Assembly (NCBI GenBank): GCA_032718475.1 | Contig: JAUCBJ010008389.1 | Span: 103,568-167,567, forward strand | Length of the DNA: 64,000 nt | DNA from: Nemertoderma westbladi | Taxonomy: Eukaryota > Animalia > Xenacoelomorpha | Direction of reading: 5' to 3' | Part shown: positions 1 through 11,800 of the stretch, in pieces | How the letters are laid out: each line of letters opens with the position of its first letter | Numbering within the stretch: the stretch's first letter is position 1 | Notes under the pieces: generated by a model | The model's database searches: none | What the model saw: only the letters and a program-made list of their open reading frames with translations | Told to the model about the DNA's origin: nothing | Translations under genes and position numbers: made by a program

Positions 1-1909
1 AGTTCGCAGACGGAAGTAATTTAATTAATTCGTGTCTACCGGTTGGCGTTTGACCTTGAACCGCAATAGGTAAAACCCAATATAGTAAGTGGGTTGCAGA
101 CGTTTGTTATAAAGTCTTTAACATGATTTCGTGATTTGATGAAAAAATGGGGGCGAGCCATGAAGCGAGTGAAGCCTTAGCATATGGGTTAAGGTTATAG
201 TATTTATAATATTATTTTAATTTGATTATTCTACCTATGGGGCGAGCCATGAAGTGAGTGATAGCATCGAAGTAAGGTTATGACGCAACAACTAAAAAAG
301 GTAAATAAACACAGACTTATGGGGCGAGCCATGAAGTGAGTGATTGGCGTTTGACCTTGAACCGCAATAGGTAAAACCCAATATAGTAAGTGGGTTGCAG
401 ACGTTTGTTATAAAGTCTTTAACATGATTTCGTGATTTGATGAAAAATGGGGGCGAGCCATGAAGCGAGTGAAGCCTTAGCATATGGGTTAAGGTTATAG
501 TATTTATAATATTATTTTAATTTGATTATTCTACCTATGGGGCGAGCCATGAAGTGAGTGATAGCATCGAAGTAAGGTTATGACGCAACAACTAAAAGAG
601 GTAAATAAACACAGACTTATGGGGCGAGCCATGAAGTGAGTGATTGGCGTTTGACCTTGAACCGCAATAGGTAAAACCCAATATAGTAAGTGGGTTACAG
701 ACGTTTGTTATAAAGTCTTTAACATGATTTCGTGATTTGATGAAAAAATGGGGCGAGCCATGAAGCGAGTGAAGCCTTAGCATATGGGTTAAGGTTATAG
801 TATTTATAATATTATTTTAATTTGATTATTCTACTTATGGGGCGAGCCATGAAGTGAGTGATAGCATCGAAGTAAGGTTATGACGCAACAACTAAAAAAG
901 GTTTAAAAATTTCTCCCACCACCTCACCCGCTTATCCCGCTATCACCATCCGCCTAGTCTTCTTCCTCATCCTCAGCATCATTACCACCACCACCATCAC
1001 CCAACATCCCCATCATTCCTTCCAACATTGAAAAAATGGGGCGAGCCATGAAGCGAGTGAAGCCTTAGCATATGGGTGCCATTAATGAGTAGTGGGGCGA
1101 GCTACGACGAAGTAAGGTTATTGTATTTATAATATTATCATTATACCAACAAATATTTCAACCGATAATTAATTATACCAACAAATAATTTAACAAATTT
1201 ATAATTTTCTACCACAAAATAATAATAATTATTTAACCATGTCTGACTCGTTACAGAGACACCACCTACGAACGCGACCTATTTATAATAATAAAGTTTC
1301 TACCGCTCGAAATATTCACACTGAATGTTTAATCTTCTTTATTTGAGGTATGTTTTCATCATCCACGATGTCCTCTTCAAAGTCGCTGATATCTTCATAC
1401 TCATAGCTAGGTGTTTTATTCACGACGAGATCAATTTTTCGCTTAAGCGCTTGTTCTTTCATGGCTTTAGGTGTTTTCATCTTCATCTGAGCGCTCACAC
1501 CCCCAACGAGGGTATCAATATCCTTATAATCATTCCTTTTTTCAGCGCTGCCTCTTAGTTCACTTTCCGCAATCGTTGGCAACCAGATTTTTTTCTTACC
1601 TATTTTCTTAGCGGTGACTTTTACTGCCTCGGACGTCTGCAGCTGTCTAGCGTTGTTCAGCATTTCCACTTTCATGGGTTCCTCGCCCGCTAATTCATCA
1701 ATCGCAGCCTCAACAACTAACTTTTTAATCGGTAGAAAGTCACACCCAGTCGGAATATAGTGGCCCGCGTACTTCTGTAATTCCTTAATTATCTTGACAT
1801 TTGCGTTGTTTCGAGGGATGAAAATAACCTTGGTGTCGAAGTTGTGGGACAAATATATCCCGTTTTCGTTAACGATCGATGTGTACCTTATACTAACCTC
1901 GTCGATATT
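1..1909. repeat. Left inverted arm of the Polinton, with about 3 copies of a 300-bp tandem unit (about 43-900)
   Basis: Near-identical reverse complement of the right arm. The 178-aa ORF appears in both arms, and the 63-aa ORFs recur 300 bp apart (292-483, 592-783). Confidence 0.9.
1316..1909 (-). pseudogene. Inverted duplicate of the 3' half of the Polinton gene at 19598-20853
   Basis: The 178-aa ORF is nearly identical to 20317-20853 but lacks the upstream part of the gene. Confidence 0.75.
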
Positions 1910-2326
1910 ATCAATAAAAATAATGAAACTGACTCATTTTTAAAACTATATGGCAGTGTGGGCCATCCCAATAAAAAGAAACGCCGCGAACAGCGTCGAG
2001 TTTATTTCAAAGTTGGCGATAAAGTGCGTCTGAGTTTAACCGCGACGCCATTTTCCAAAGGATATACACCTAACTATACCCGGGAAATTTTCGAAATTTC
2101 TAGAATACGGATGGATCGAGAGCCGTACCCTATGTACGAAGTTATGGATGTGAATAGGCGTGTTATTAAAGGGACATTTTATCAATATGAAATGAAAAAG
2201 TTGAAAGAACCGTTTGAGTTCTTACCAATTGAAAAAGTAATCAAGGAAAAAGTAATAAACAAAAAAAACAGGGAAAAAACAATACCTGGTAAAATTCGTT
2301 GGTTATGCGAAGCACCGGTGGGTTGA
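1910..2326 (+). pseudogene. Polinton/Maverick retroviral-like integrase, C-terminal part only
   Basis: FKVGDKVRLS...FSKGYTPNYTREIFEI...PYPMYEVMD...IKGTFYQYEMK matches the Maverick integrase C-terminal pattern (F.VGD.VR...F.KGY...EIF...Y...D...I.G.FY..EL). The catalytic DDE core is replaced by the inverted arm. Confidence 0.85.
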
Positions 2327-2338
2327 TAGGATACAATA

Positions 2339-3192
2339 ATGGATCGCTTACATTTGACATTGACTTCTGACGCCAGTCTAGATAAATATCCTAACAACAC
2401 CCTGAGCGATTTTACAATTGAATTGTCCAAACCTATTCCCATTACCACGGATTGGGTTGTGGGCCTAAAAGAAATACAATATGTATCAACTTATAGGAAT
2501 ATTGAGCAAAGATCCGGAATTAAAATTGGCGAATACATGGAAGATGCGGATATACCATTCCATATTGCTCCATATAATCTTATTGAAATCGATCTTAATC
2601 ATGGGCTGTATGCTTCCGTTGAGTCAATTATAAATTATATTACCGTATATTTGAAAAAAAATTCCATAGCACATCATGGTTTCTCCGATGTTAAGTTTAA
2701 TTATCACAAGCACACATCGAAAATACATTTGCATTCTATGAAAGGACGCTATTTCCAATTCTACGGGGATTTAATAAATATATTTGGCTTATCGTCTTTA
2801 AAAAAAATAACATACTTGGTCTTGACGCGTTTTGGTCAATACATTACAACCCAGAAGACAACTTACTAAGTTTAGGCTCTAGAAATTCAGACAAAAATGG
2901 AATTGACTTTCCCGAACCCTGCGATATAACGAGGGATAGACATACAATGTTTATATATACAGATATAATTGAATCTTCCCACGTGGGGCATTCTATGGTT
3001 CCTCTGTTGCGGATAATCCCGTTAAAATGGGCAACCATACTCATTTATAAGTCAAGAGTTCGAAGACACTCATTACAAACAGTTAAAAATCAAAAATTTG
3101 TTAATACAATTAGTATAACGCTTCGCGATCAGAAAGGAAAGCATATAGTGTTTCACGGTGGTAAAACAATTTTAGTTCTAGAACTAAAAAAA
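2339..3192 (+). pseudogene. Polinton minor capsid (penton, PX) gene, frameshifted
   Basis: The N-terminus LTLTSDASLDKYPNNTLSDFTIELSKPI...DWVVGLKEIQY and the C-terminus MFIYTDIIESSHVG...PLLRII...ISITLRDQKGKHIVFHGGKTILVLELKK are typical of Polinton pentons. The gene is split over ORFs 2339-2869 and 2947-about 3192. Confidence 0.8.
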
Positions 3193-3199
3193 ACAGGAA

Positions 3200-5565
3200 C
3201 AGATTTCACGCTGAATTCTGAACTGTCTATAACACTTGACAGTGAACATACCCTAGTATTATTTGGAGCAGAGGTTGTTACTGCTAATGACTTAATTTCT
3301 TTGAAATAACATGTCGATACATTGTGCTCATTGACTGTCTTATTTGGCCATGTGACTTCGCCCCCCCTAGACTCAGAAATTTGGGGGCATGTCTCCAAAT
3401 ATTTGAGTTTATTAATTGTTCTGCTGACAGACCTCTCGTTGGAATATCAGCCGGGTTCATTGAACCTGGACAGTGTCACCATTGGGCATTTAACTCGTTT
3501 GTTAATTTACGAATTTCTGCTAGGCGATTTTGAACAAACTGCTTACAGTTTTGGTTAGTTGATTTTATCAAACACAAAACGTCGTAAGCGTCAGCTATCC
3601 ACAAGTATACAGTACATTTTGTTGTTGAAAATCGTAGTCCTGTAAATGTGAACTTTGTTAATCTAGTCAAGATTAACGCCCCTAATAATTCTAGTCTGGG
3701 TATTGACTGTTTAGCCAGCGGGCATACTTTTGACTTGGCCGACAAAAGTGTGACGCTGACTGATGTATCAGAGTATTCTGCTCTGATGTATGTAACAGCC
3801 GCATATAATTGTTTACTTGCATCGGAGAACCCGCGCAATTGAATGGATACAATTTTTCGTGTTGTATTGAATAGACATCTGTTAATTTCGAAATGCCTGA
3901 GAACTAAAAGTCCATCAACCCATTTCATCCACAATGGAAGAAGGAGTGAAGGAATTTTCATCCCATTCAACCTTTTCCTTTGCCAAAGTTTGTAGTGTCG
4001 CTTTCATTGGAGCAGTGTGTAAGGTGCGAGAAACCCCAGTGGGTTGTAAATTCTTGCAATTAATTGCAGCACGCCCCTTTTTGATGGTGTAATGGTTCAT
4101 ATATATTTGCGAACACTACTTAGATCAAAACCTAATTTGTCATCATTTAGATGCCATAATTGCCCTAAAACGCGACTAGTGTTATTATTTTGTGGTTCAG
4201 GTTGTGCAATAGAAACTTTAGCATGTTTGAATATCTTCAAGTTTGTTATCTGTACTATCTATAGGATTTTTTGTGATTACTATTTTTGCTAGTTTCTATT
4301 TGTTTCATTTCATTTTCTTCGGTTTGATTGAAAATTTGTCTTAGTTCTTTATCGTTTGTTTTCCAACGACGAATATTAAAACCGTCTCTAGCTAAGATTG
4401 CCTTTGTCGCCAATTGGAGTTGTCGACCTTCTGATATGTCATTGACCCCCGTATTTAAATCGTCTACATGCATATTATTGTCTTGTAGTTTAGGGATTGC
4501 AGTCGCTTCTGGAGTACTTGCGGATTTCGATTCTAATTGTAAGCGATGTTCTAACATGGCACTTAATATGTATTGTGACGACGTCAGACCGAAAGCTGCA
4601 CCAGTGTATCTACATGCTTGGAGTTCTTGATTTTCTGAGTTTACATCTTTTATGTTTTTTATCCATAAAACGTAAATAGTTTCTGTCCGCTTGATCAATC
4701 TGACAACGCATAAATGCTTGTTCTTTATCGGCGCTTATTCCTATATTTTGGATGCGGAAATATAGTGAATTGCGGCATTTATAACGTTGTCATATCTTTC
4801 AAGGAGATCAGTTTTGATTAAACGCCGTAACAGCGATGATAGTTGCTTGGAGCAAAATGTGAAATGATCCAATAAACTTTCGGGATTAATTTTCCTCGGT
4901 ATTCCTACTGAATATAGACCATCTATTTTTGTTATATTTTCTATGATGTTTGTGGTTTTCTCATCAGCATCGTTTATTCCGATGCTTTCAAGTGACCAAA
5001 AATAATTCAACAAATTTATCAGATTATCATTGTTATTGTTAGTTTGTGATTTGTTCGACTCCATTGTTTGAGTTTCTATTAAGTTGCATGTAACATTGTT
5101 TGATTTGGTTAAATTTGTTGAACCATGAAAGTTTGTTCCATAAACTTTCCCTGATAGTAACCACCCTACTCCGCTGTCTATAGCTACGAAATTAGAGTCA
5201 GATGAGCGGATACAAGTACCGCTGGCAAACTCCCAGTAGTAGTCTGCCCCTACAAGTAGTTGTACTGGAAATGTATCATGTGAGTCTGACATTAATGTAG
5301 GATCTGCGAGATCTGTTGCCTTGAGTGAAAGTTTTGCTCTCCATTCACTAGAAGTTATATTATTTTGTAATGGCTCACATATTTTTGGTACAACAACTGC
5401 TTCTATAGCAGCAATTGACCCATTCCGCAACAACAAGTTTACTTTGAATATCTGGTGATTTAGCGCAACCTTCTTGCCTCCACCAAATCCTTGAACGGAC
5501 ATTCTTTCTTATCCAATTGGCCTTAAATTATGCTCGTTAACAAATTCTTGTGTAATGAATGTCCA
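3200..5565 (-). pseudogene. Decayed Bel/Pao pol fragment (protease, RT, RNase H)
   Basis: Protease LLVGADYYW and GWLLSG (4741-5502); RT FGLTSS and HVDDL (4255-4698); Pao RNase H GFSDASKQLYAA...SKSKVCPL...SIPRLELLGA (3476-3970). Multiple frameshifts. Confidence 0.88.
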
Positions 5566-5869
5566 ACAGTCTTCATAGAGCATCAACTTGTGATATTCTG
5601 AGAGACAAAGTATTCTGCTACACGTTTAGTATAGAAGCTAAACTTCTTAGTGTAAATAGCTTTAGTAACCATCAACCAAACGCAGGTAAAGTACGTGACG
5701 CGCAGAAATTTTAAAATATATTTTTTTTAATGTAAGTCCAAAATCCAGCGAATTGAGCACCTTGAGGTAATAAATGAGTCCACAGCAGCCAAGTCACGTA
5801 CTTTACCAAATTTTCCTCGGTATTCCTACTGAATATAGACCATCTATTTTTGTTATATTTTCTATGATG

Positions 5870-6620
5870 CTCATGGAATCACTGCTAACTGATCATACAT
5901 ACTGACTGCTGAAACATTGCAAACTCGTAACAATCAGTGTTCAATTGTTGTTTTATACTGCTATTTACTGTCAGTTCTTCATAATATGGTTGATGAATTA
6001 TTATATTTGGAATAACGATAAATAACCCCGAAACCCAATATTCTTGATATACCGAAGGTAAGAGAGAAAGGTTACCAATAACGATTGTGACTTATGTTGA
6101 AGTGGTTTGAAGTGAATCTAATGTTATTTGATAGACCCTACATGAGTCAGCCTGTGTTCCTTTTATATGTGACTAAAATCAGTGAAGATTGGCAGATTAG
6201 TGTGCAGTATTGTGCAGCATTGTGTATGAGTGAGTCTGTTAAAGAAGCAATTCCTAAAGAATGCGCCATATATGTGAATTATAATTAAGCCATATCGTTG
6301 TGAGTAGTTTAAGTCATAACTCTGTTTATATAGATAAAGCGCCACGTCCTAAAGGAACTGTTAATATTCCCGAAGGTGAATAATATTGTCAGAGATTATA
6401 TAATACTGTCAGTCGAATAATACATTAGGCTTACATAGCAATAAAATTAAACCGTCGAACCCAATCTCCCGGGAATCTCCAGCGGGTGAATGGTCGCGCA
6501 CAGATTGGTTTCGACTAGTGTAGTGAATCAAATACTTGTCATAGACTAAAAACAGATTTAATATCTAGAAGACATCTTAATTTGGTGGGTTAAACTGCCA
6601 AAGGTCTGAAAGCGCGAACA
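5870..6620 (+). repeat. 5' LTR of element 1 (truncated, last 751 bp)
   Basis: Direct repeat of 17057-17807, ending in CA. Confidence 0.9.
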
Positions 6621-8812
6621 TTAAAGGATATAGCTTCTTTGTTGCAGTAAGCAATAAAGTTGAAAGTACCGGTCAACCGGTACATCTGTAGGTCAGTAGG
6701 CCCAACTGCCAGAACCGGTACCAGTAGGCCTGACTACCTAACCACTCGGACCGGTACCTACAGCAGTACAGATACAGCAGTATTATTCGATTTTGATAGT
6801 TGTATACCGGTAGGTCTTAGTACTTAATCAGGGAACGGCCGCCCTGATTTTTTATTGAGATTTTACTTATTTCTGTCAAGTTTTATTTATTTGTAGGCCA
6901 GTATTGAACAGAAGGCGTGTAAGCCTGATCAGATTGTACAGACGATTTGTAGGCTGAGCTGTTGTCTGATTGCTGTTAAGTGTGTAGAGCACTTGTCCGA
7001 TTAAGTACGGTTAGGAAGTAGGGGCAGCCAATGCGGTAAGGTAAACCCCCAACTAAAGAATAAGTCGCACTACTGGGTTAGATCGCATACTCCCTAATCA
7101 TTTCGGAGTCTGCATGTCCTGTGGTTTATTTAGGCTTGAGAGTAGTCTGCCATCGTTTAGTCTGTACTTTGTTTGTGTAAGTCTGTACGGGTAGCGTATA
7201 ATTTTATTTAAATAATTTGTAGGCTGGATAGTTGTCTGGCTGTTATTATGTCTGAACGGATTGCCGCGTGTGTAGATCATCTGTCCGATTAAGTACGATT
7301 AGGCAGTAGGGGCAGCGAACGCTGTAAGGTAAACCCCCAACTAAAGAATAAGTCGCACTACTGGGTTAGAGCGCATACTCCCTAATCATTTCGGAGTCTG
7401 CATATACCGTAGTTTGTTTAGGCTTGATAGTAGTCTGTCAGTGTTCGGTCTGTATTTTGTTTGAGTAGTTTGTACGCGTAGCGTAATATTTATTATTCAG
7501 AGTTTATGCGATTATTCGCAACATTCAAGTCCCCAAGTTTGTTCCTACAGTAATTGTGTTTGTTATACATACCGCTATAGTTAAATTAACCTCGGTACTA
7601 CACGGGCTGCTTGGCGTAGGTAAAGACTGGTGATTTTGTGCATCGGTCACTCCAGCAGATGCCGTGGTTCTTTTAGCTGTTCAAGTATATTTAATTACTG
7701 ATTATCTGTTGTACAAGTACTCGTACCTAATTTAGGGTTTAGTGTACAGTGCTTTCCGAGAATAATTAGTGTAGGCATTATATTTGTGTTGTAAAGTGGT
7801 TGATAGGCACATTCGATTAGCTCTATTAACTTCTAGGTAGGGACACTCCGTGATACATAACGTAGTACCTATAGCGATACGGCTATAGGTCGTCAGGCGG
7901 TGGTATTTTCCTATCTGGACAACACAGCGTATTTACTACTACTTATTATTTCAAATACCGTAGTACCCTGTCCGTTGTAATAACCAGATTTCTAACCCTT
8001 TGTTAGGCTGGTTAGTAGACTTCTTGTAAAATTACCCTAAAAATTCGTATTTGTGTTTTTGTAAATTTTTGTGTTTATTTAGAGATTGTAATCTCACCCG
8101 AATTGTACGTAATTTGTAGTATTAAGTAACTTAGGTAAATTAGTATTATTTGTTTTAGTGTCTCATAAGTAACACTTCATTGAAAGCGCACCGCTTTGTG
8201 TAGTGATTACCCCCAGAAATAATAACATTTATTTCAAACATTGACAAAACCCATTAAAACGGGTATATATATATTATAAATCAAATCTAACGATTTATAA
8301 ATAGTAGGCCTACCATATAACAATTAGGTCTCAATATCAGTTGGACTACTGCTCAAATAACGGTAATAAAGTAAGTAAGTAACCAAGTAACCCTAAAATA
8401 CAGAAATTCAATTATTTAAAATAATTGATATACCGGTATTTACGATAGGCCTATTATCTTTATTTCTATAAATTTAGGCTGAAATTATACCGGTACTTGT
8501 AATTAATTCTAGTCCAGAATTATATATACTATAAATTGTAAGCTGTATACCGGTATTTCCGATAGGCCTATTATATATTTATATATATTTGTGCTAAAAT
8601 TATACCGGTATTCTGTGATAAACCTAGTCTGTAATAATACTTATATAGTTATATATACTATAAGTATACCGGTATTCTAATATATTATATATATATCACG
8701 CTACACTGAGTAGCAGTACCGGTAATTAATTACTAGGCTAGCAGTTAATACTGAGTTATTAGACTTACTCAGACTGTAATACAGCAGTAGACATTCAACA
8801 GTATACATAGTC

Positions 8813-11800
8813 ATGTCTGATACTAAGCAGAACCTGTCAGACAGTTTATTAGATGTAACTATCTGCGACTCAGATAGAGACGTACAACCGTCTGGTCATA
8901 AATCCAGTTCACCTCCCACTGTGAGGAAGGTCATCCCTCCAGTAGTAATAACAGAACCTAGGCTGGTCCAACATCGTAGGTCTATCATAGGCACTCGAGC
9001 TCAGGTCAAGCGGGACCAAAAGGCAGCGGAACAGCAACAACCCACTAGTCAAGAACTTATTCCTCAGCGGCCCAGCAGCTCCAGTAGTGAGGATACTGTA
9101 GAGCTGACACCCGAGAGCGGAGCAGAGATGACGGATGCGGTTTATACGGATCCCCTTCTCATCCTTCCTGCAGCCGTGCTCGCTGGGTTATTGATCGCGG
9201 TGGAAGAACACCAGATCGATTGGGCGAGAAGTCAACGGTCAACTAGAGATAGTTACGCGGGATACACTAGTGAAGAACTGAAGTCTATTGTCGAGTCGCA
9301 ATGGAACTTCCCCGGACCCGGACTCCCGTTTGATTTATCAGAAGCTGCCTGGGAAGACATACACCGGATGGGAGTAGCCAAGGAAACCATCGATCCAGCT
9401 GTGTGGAAGAGGTCCGCAGCCGGATACGCACAGGGATTCTTCAGCTCTATGGAGCGAATAGAAAAGCAACTTTTTCAACAACCTCAAGGACCTCAAGAGC
9501 AGGGATCGCTGCTTTATCAAGTTAGAGAAAGAGTTCTGCGGATTAGGCTAATCTTATCCGCCTTTGAGGAGGCTTCTAAAAGAAAACAAGACACGTCGTT
9601 GCAAGTTGCCGTAAAGACTTGGTTTCAACGGGTGAGTCGCCAGGTTCAAGGAGCAGCTCAGTGGAAAGCTCAGTTGGAGGAGCGCTCAACCCATGGAGAA
9701 TCAACAGACGCTACTTTTTCCCAAGTGGAAAGTGAAGCGACGGCAGAGAAACCGCATAAGAGGGATGCCATTGATATCTATCTGTCAGACTATCAGCGTT
9801 TTTTGGGAGATGAAGAGTTGAGGAGAAGGCTAGAGGGACTTAGCCCTAATAGCGAAGGAGCCAAACTCGTGTTAGATGCGATTGATGTGGATAGGTTAGC
9901 GGCGAACCAAGCTAAATTCGATGAACAACTCCGCATCGCTAGAGAACAAGAAGAACAAGTAAAGAAAAAACGTATAGAAGATAGAAAGACAACGGCAGTG
10001 GCAGCAGCAGTGGCAGCGGCAGAAGCCGAAAGAAAAGCGGCACTGGCAATAGCAGAGGCAGCGGCAGAAACCGAAAGAAAAGCGGCACTGGCAATAGCAG
10101 AGGCAGTGGTAGAAGCAGAACGGAGGGCATCTGAAGAGGCAACCCAACTAGAGTTGGAAATTCTTCAAGAGAAGCAAGACAACTTCAATAAACAGTTAAC
10201 AGCGAGCAATATGCAGATGATGAGTCGATCTACTCCCAAGAGACAGGGGTATACATCATCTGAGGAAGGCGATACCACCGACACTGAAGGCGGAGGAAAT
10301 CGATCTCGCCCAAGCAGACGTAAAAGAACATTCCACCGGCAGAAATTGCCTGATTTGCCTCCAGCTGTTAGAAGGCAACTAAATAACACCAAAGTAGGTA
10401 GTACAGAATCCACAGACCAAATAATTACAATAGAGAGACTCCCTACTATAGTAGATGAGCCTGAAATAATTAGGCCTGTTCTTGAAATCACCCCTTCGGT
10501 GATAGACATACCTGTGCTCCCTGAGACTACCTCTAAATTCCCTTTGCATAGCACTAAGCTACCTGTGCCCCGTAGAACTGCCCCGGATACAGTTCAGGTC
10601 CTGGACCCCGAGCGAATTATTCATAATTTGTCGCCCGTTGTCCCTCGTCCGCCCGCTACGACGTTGGCGGATCCCGTTTCGGCGGTTGATTGGGTAGACG
10701 AGAGACGGCGGGGGATGGATATTCTCCTCGGAGAGATGAAGGAGAATCGGATACGCTCCTCCCAACAGGTCCGAGAGTTGGAAGGGACTGTCCAACATTT
10801 AAAGGGAACAGTGAGGGAAAGCAAGTTAGAGTTGCAAGAAGTGCAGCAAAATATCGCGCTAGAGCGCGATAAATTAGTAAATTTACAAAAGGGTATACCA
10901 CCACCCCCTGTAACAATGTGTCAACCCGTTAGGTCTGAAGTATCTCATGCGCAAGGTGTGGAGCCTACACGCATCTATACTGCTAGCGAAGTAGAAACTC
11001 CTATAGTGAACCCTATTAAGGGTAATTATAGACCTGTTGATAGTGATATTCCCTATAGACTGGATCATAATCCGAGAAATTTATATACCGATACCTCGAT
11101 ATTAAATAGCACGATGGCCCAAGAAAGTTTTACGCGTCAAATGGCTAGAACCGAAGCCCGGCAAGCGGTAAAGGTTGGAGAGATCGTAAAGTTCAATGGA
11201 GATGAGATGAAGTGGTTACCTTTTAATGAATATTACAAAGATAACATACAGAACTCTGTACTATCTAATGGAGAAAAACTTAGATACCTCATCGAGTGCT
11301 TGGAAGGATCTCCCAAGTTAATGGCGTTAAGGTTTATTGGACATCCAGACGGATTAAGACAAGTTTGGGATACACTAAACATCAGGTATGGTAATAGGAA
11401 TAACATAGCTGGGTATTTGTATGCAAAGTTGGTAGCGCCCCGAAAGTTTATTAGCAGCGGGATTATAGAGTTTTCCGATGAAATTCAGGAGAGCTGCAGA
11501 CAATTAGATTGGCTAGGTAAGTCTCATGAGTATCAGAGTGCTATGGTTATTAGAGCAGTGGCTTCTGCTTTACCGAAGGGTGGAGTAGGTACACGCTGGG
11601 ATAGGAAAGTGTTATATATGATGGAACAACAACGACGAGACCCTACCATGGCTGATCTCATGTCATTCTTAGATGGAGAAGTGAAATTACAGCTCCTAAG
11701 GCAGTCTAGAGAGAAGACATTGGAAAACAAGGTAAGTGAGAAACCCGTTTCTAGGAGAAGGGTAACACCAGTATGTTATACCGACGACGGTGAAAGCCAA

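Noticed and set aside
292-783. Repeated 63-aa ORFs in the arms, and short ORFs in LTRs (6094, 17281, 38521, 51470)
   Set aside because: They recur only because the DNA is repeated; no coding signature.
1844-1909. N-terminus of the 160-aa ORF as a true protein start
   Set aside because: It is antisense inverted-arm sequence fused by chance to the integrase fragment.
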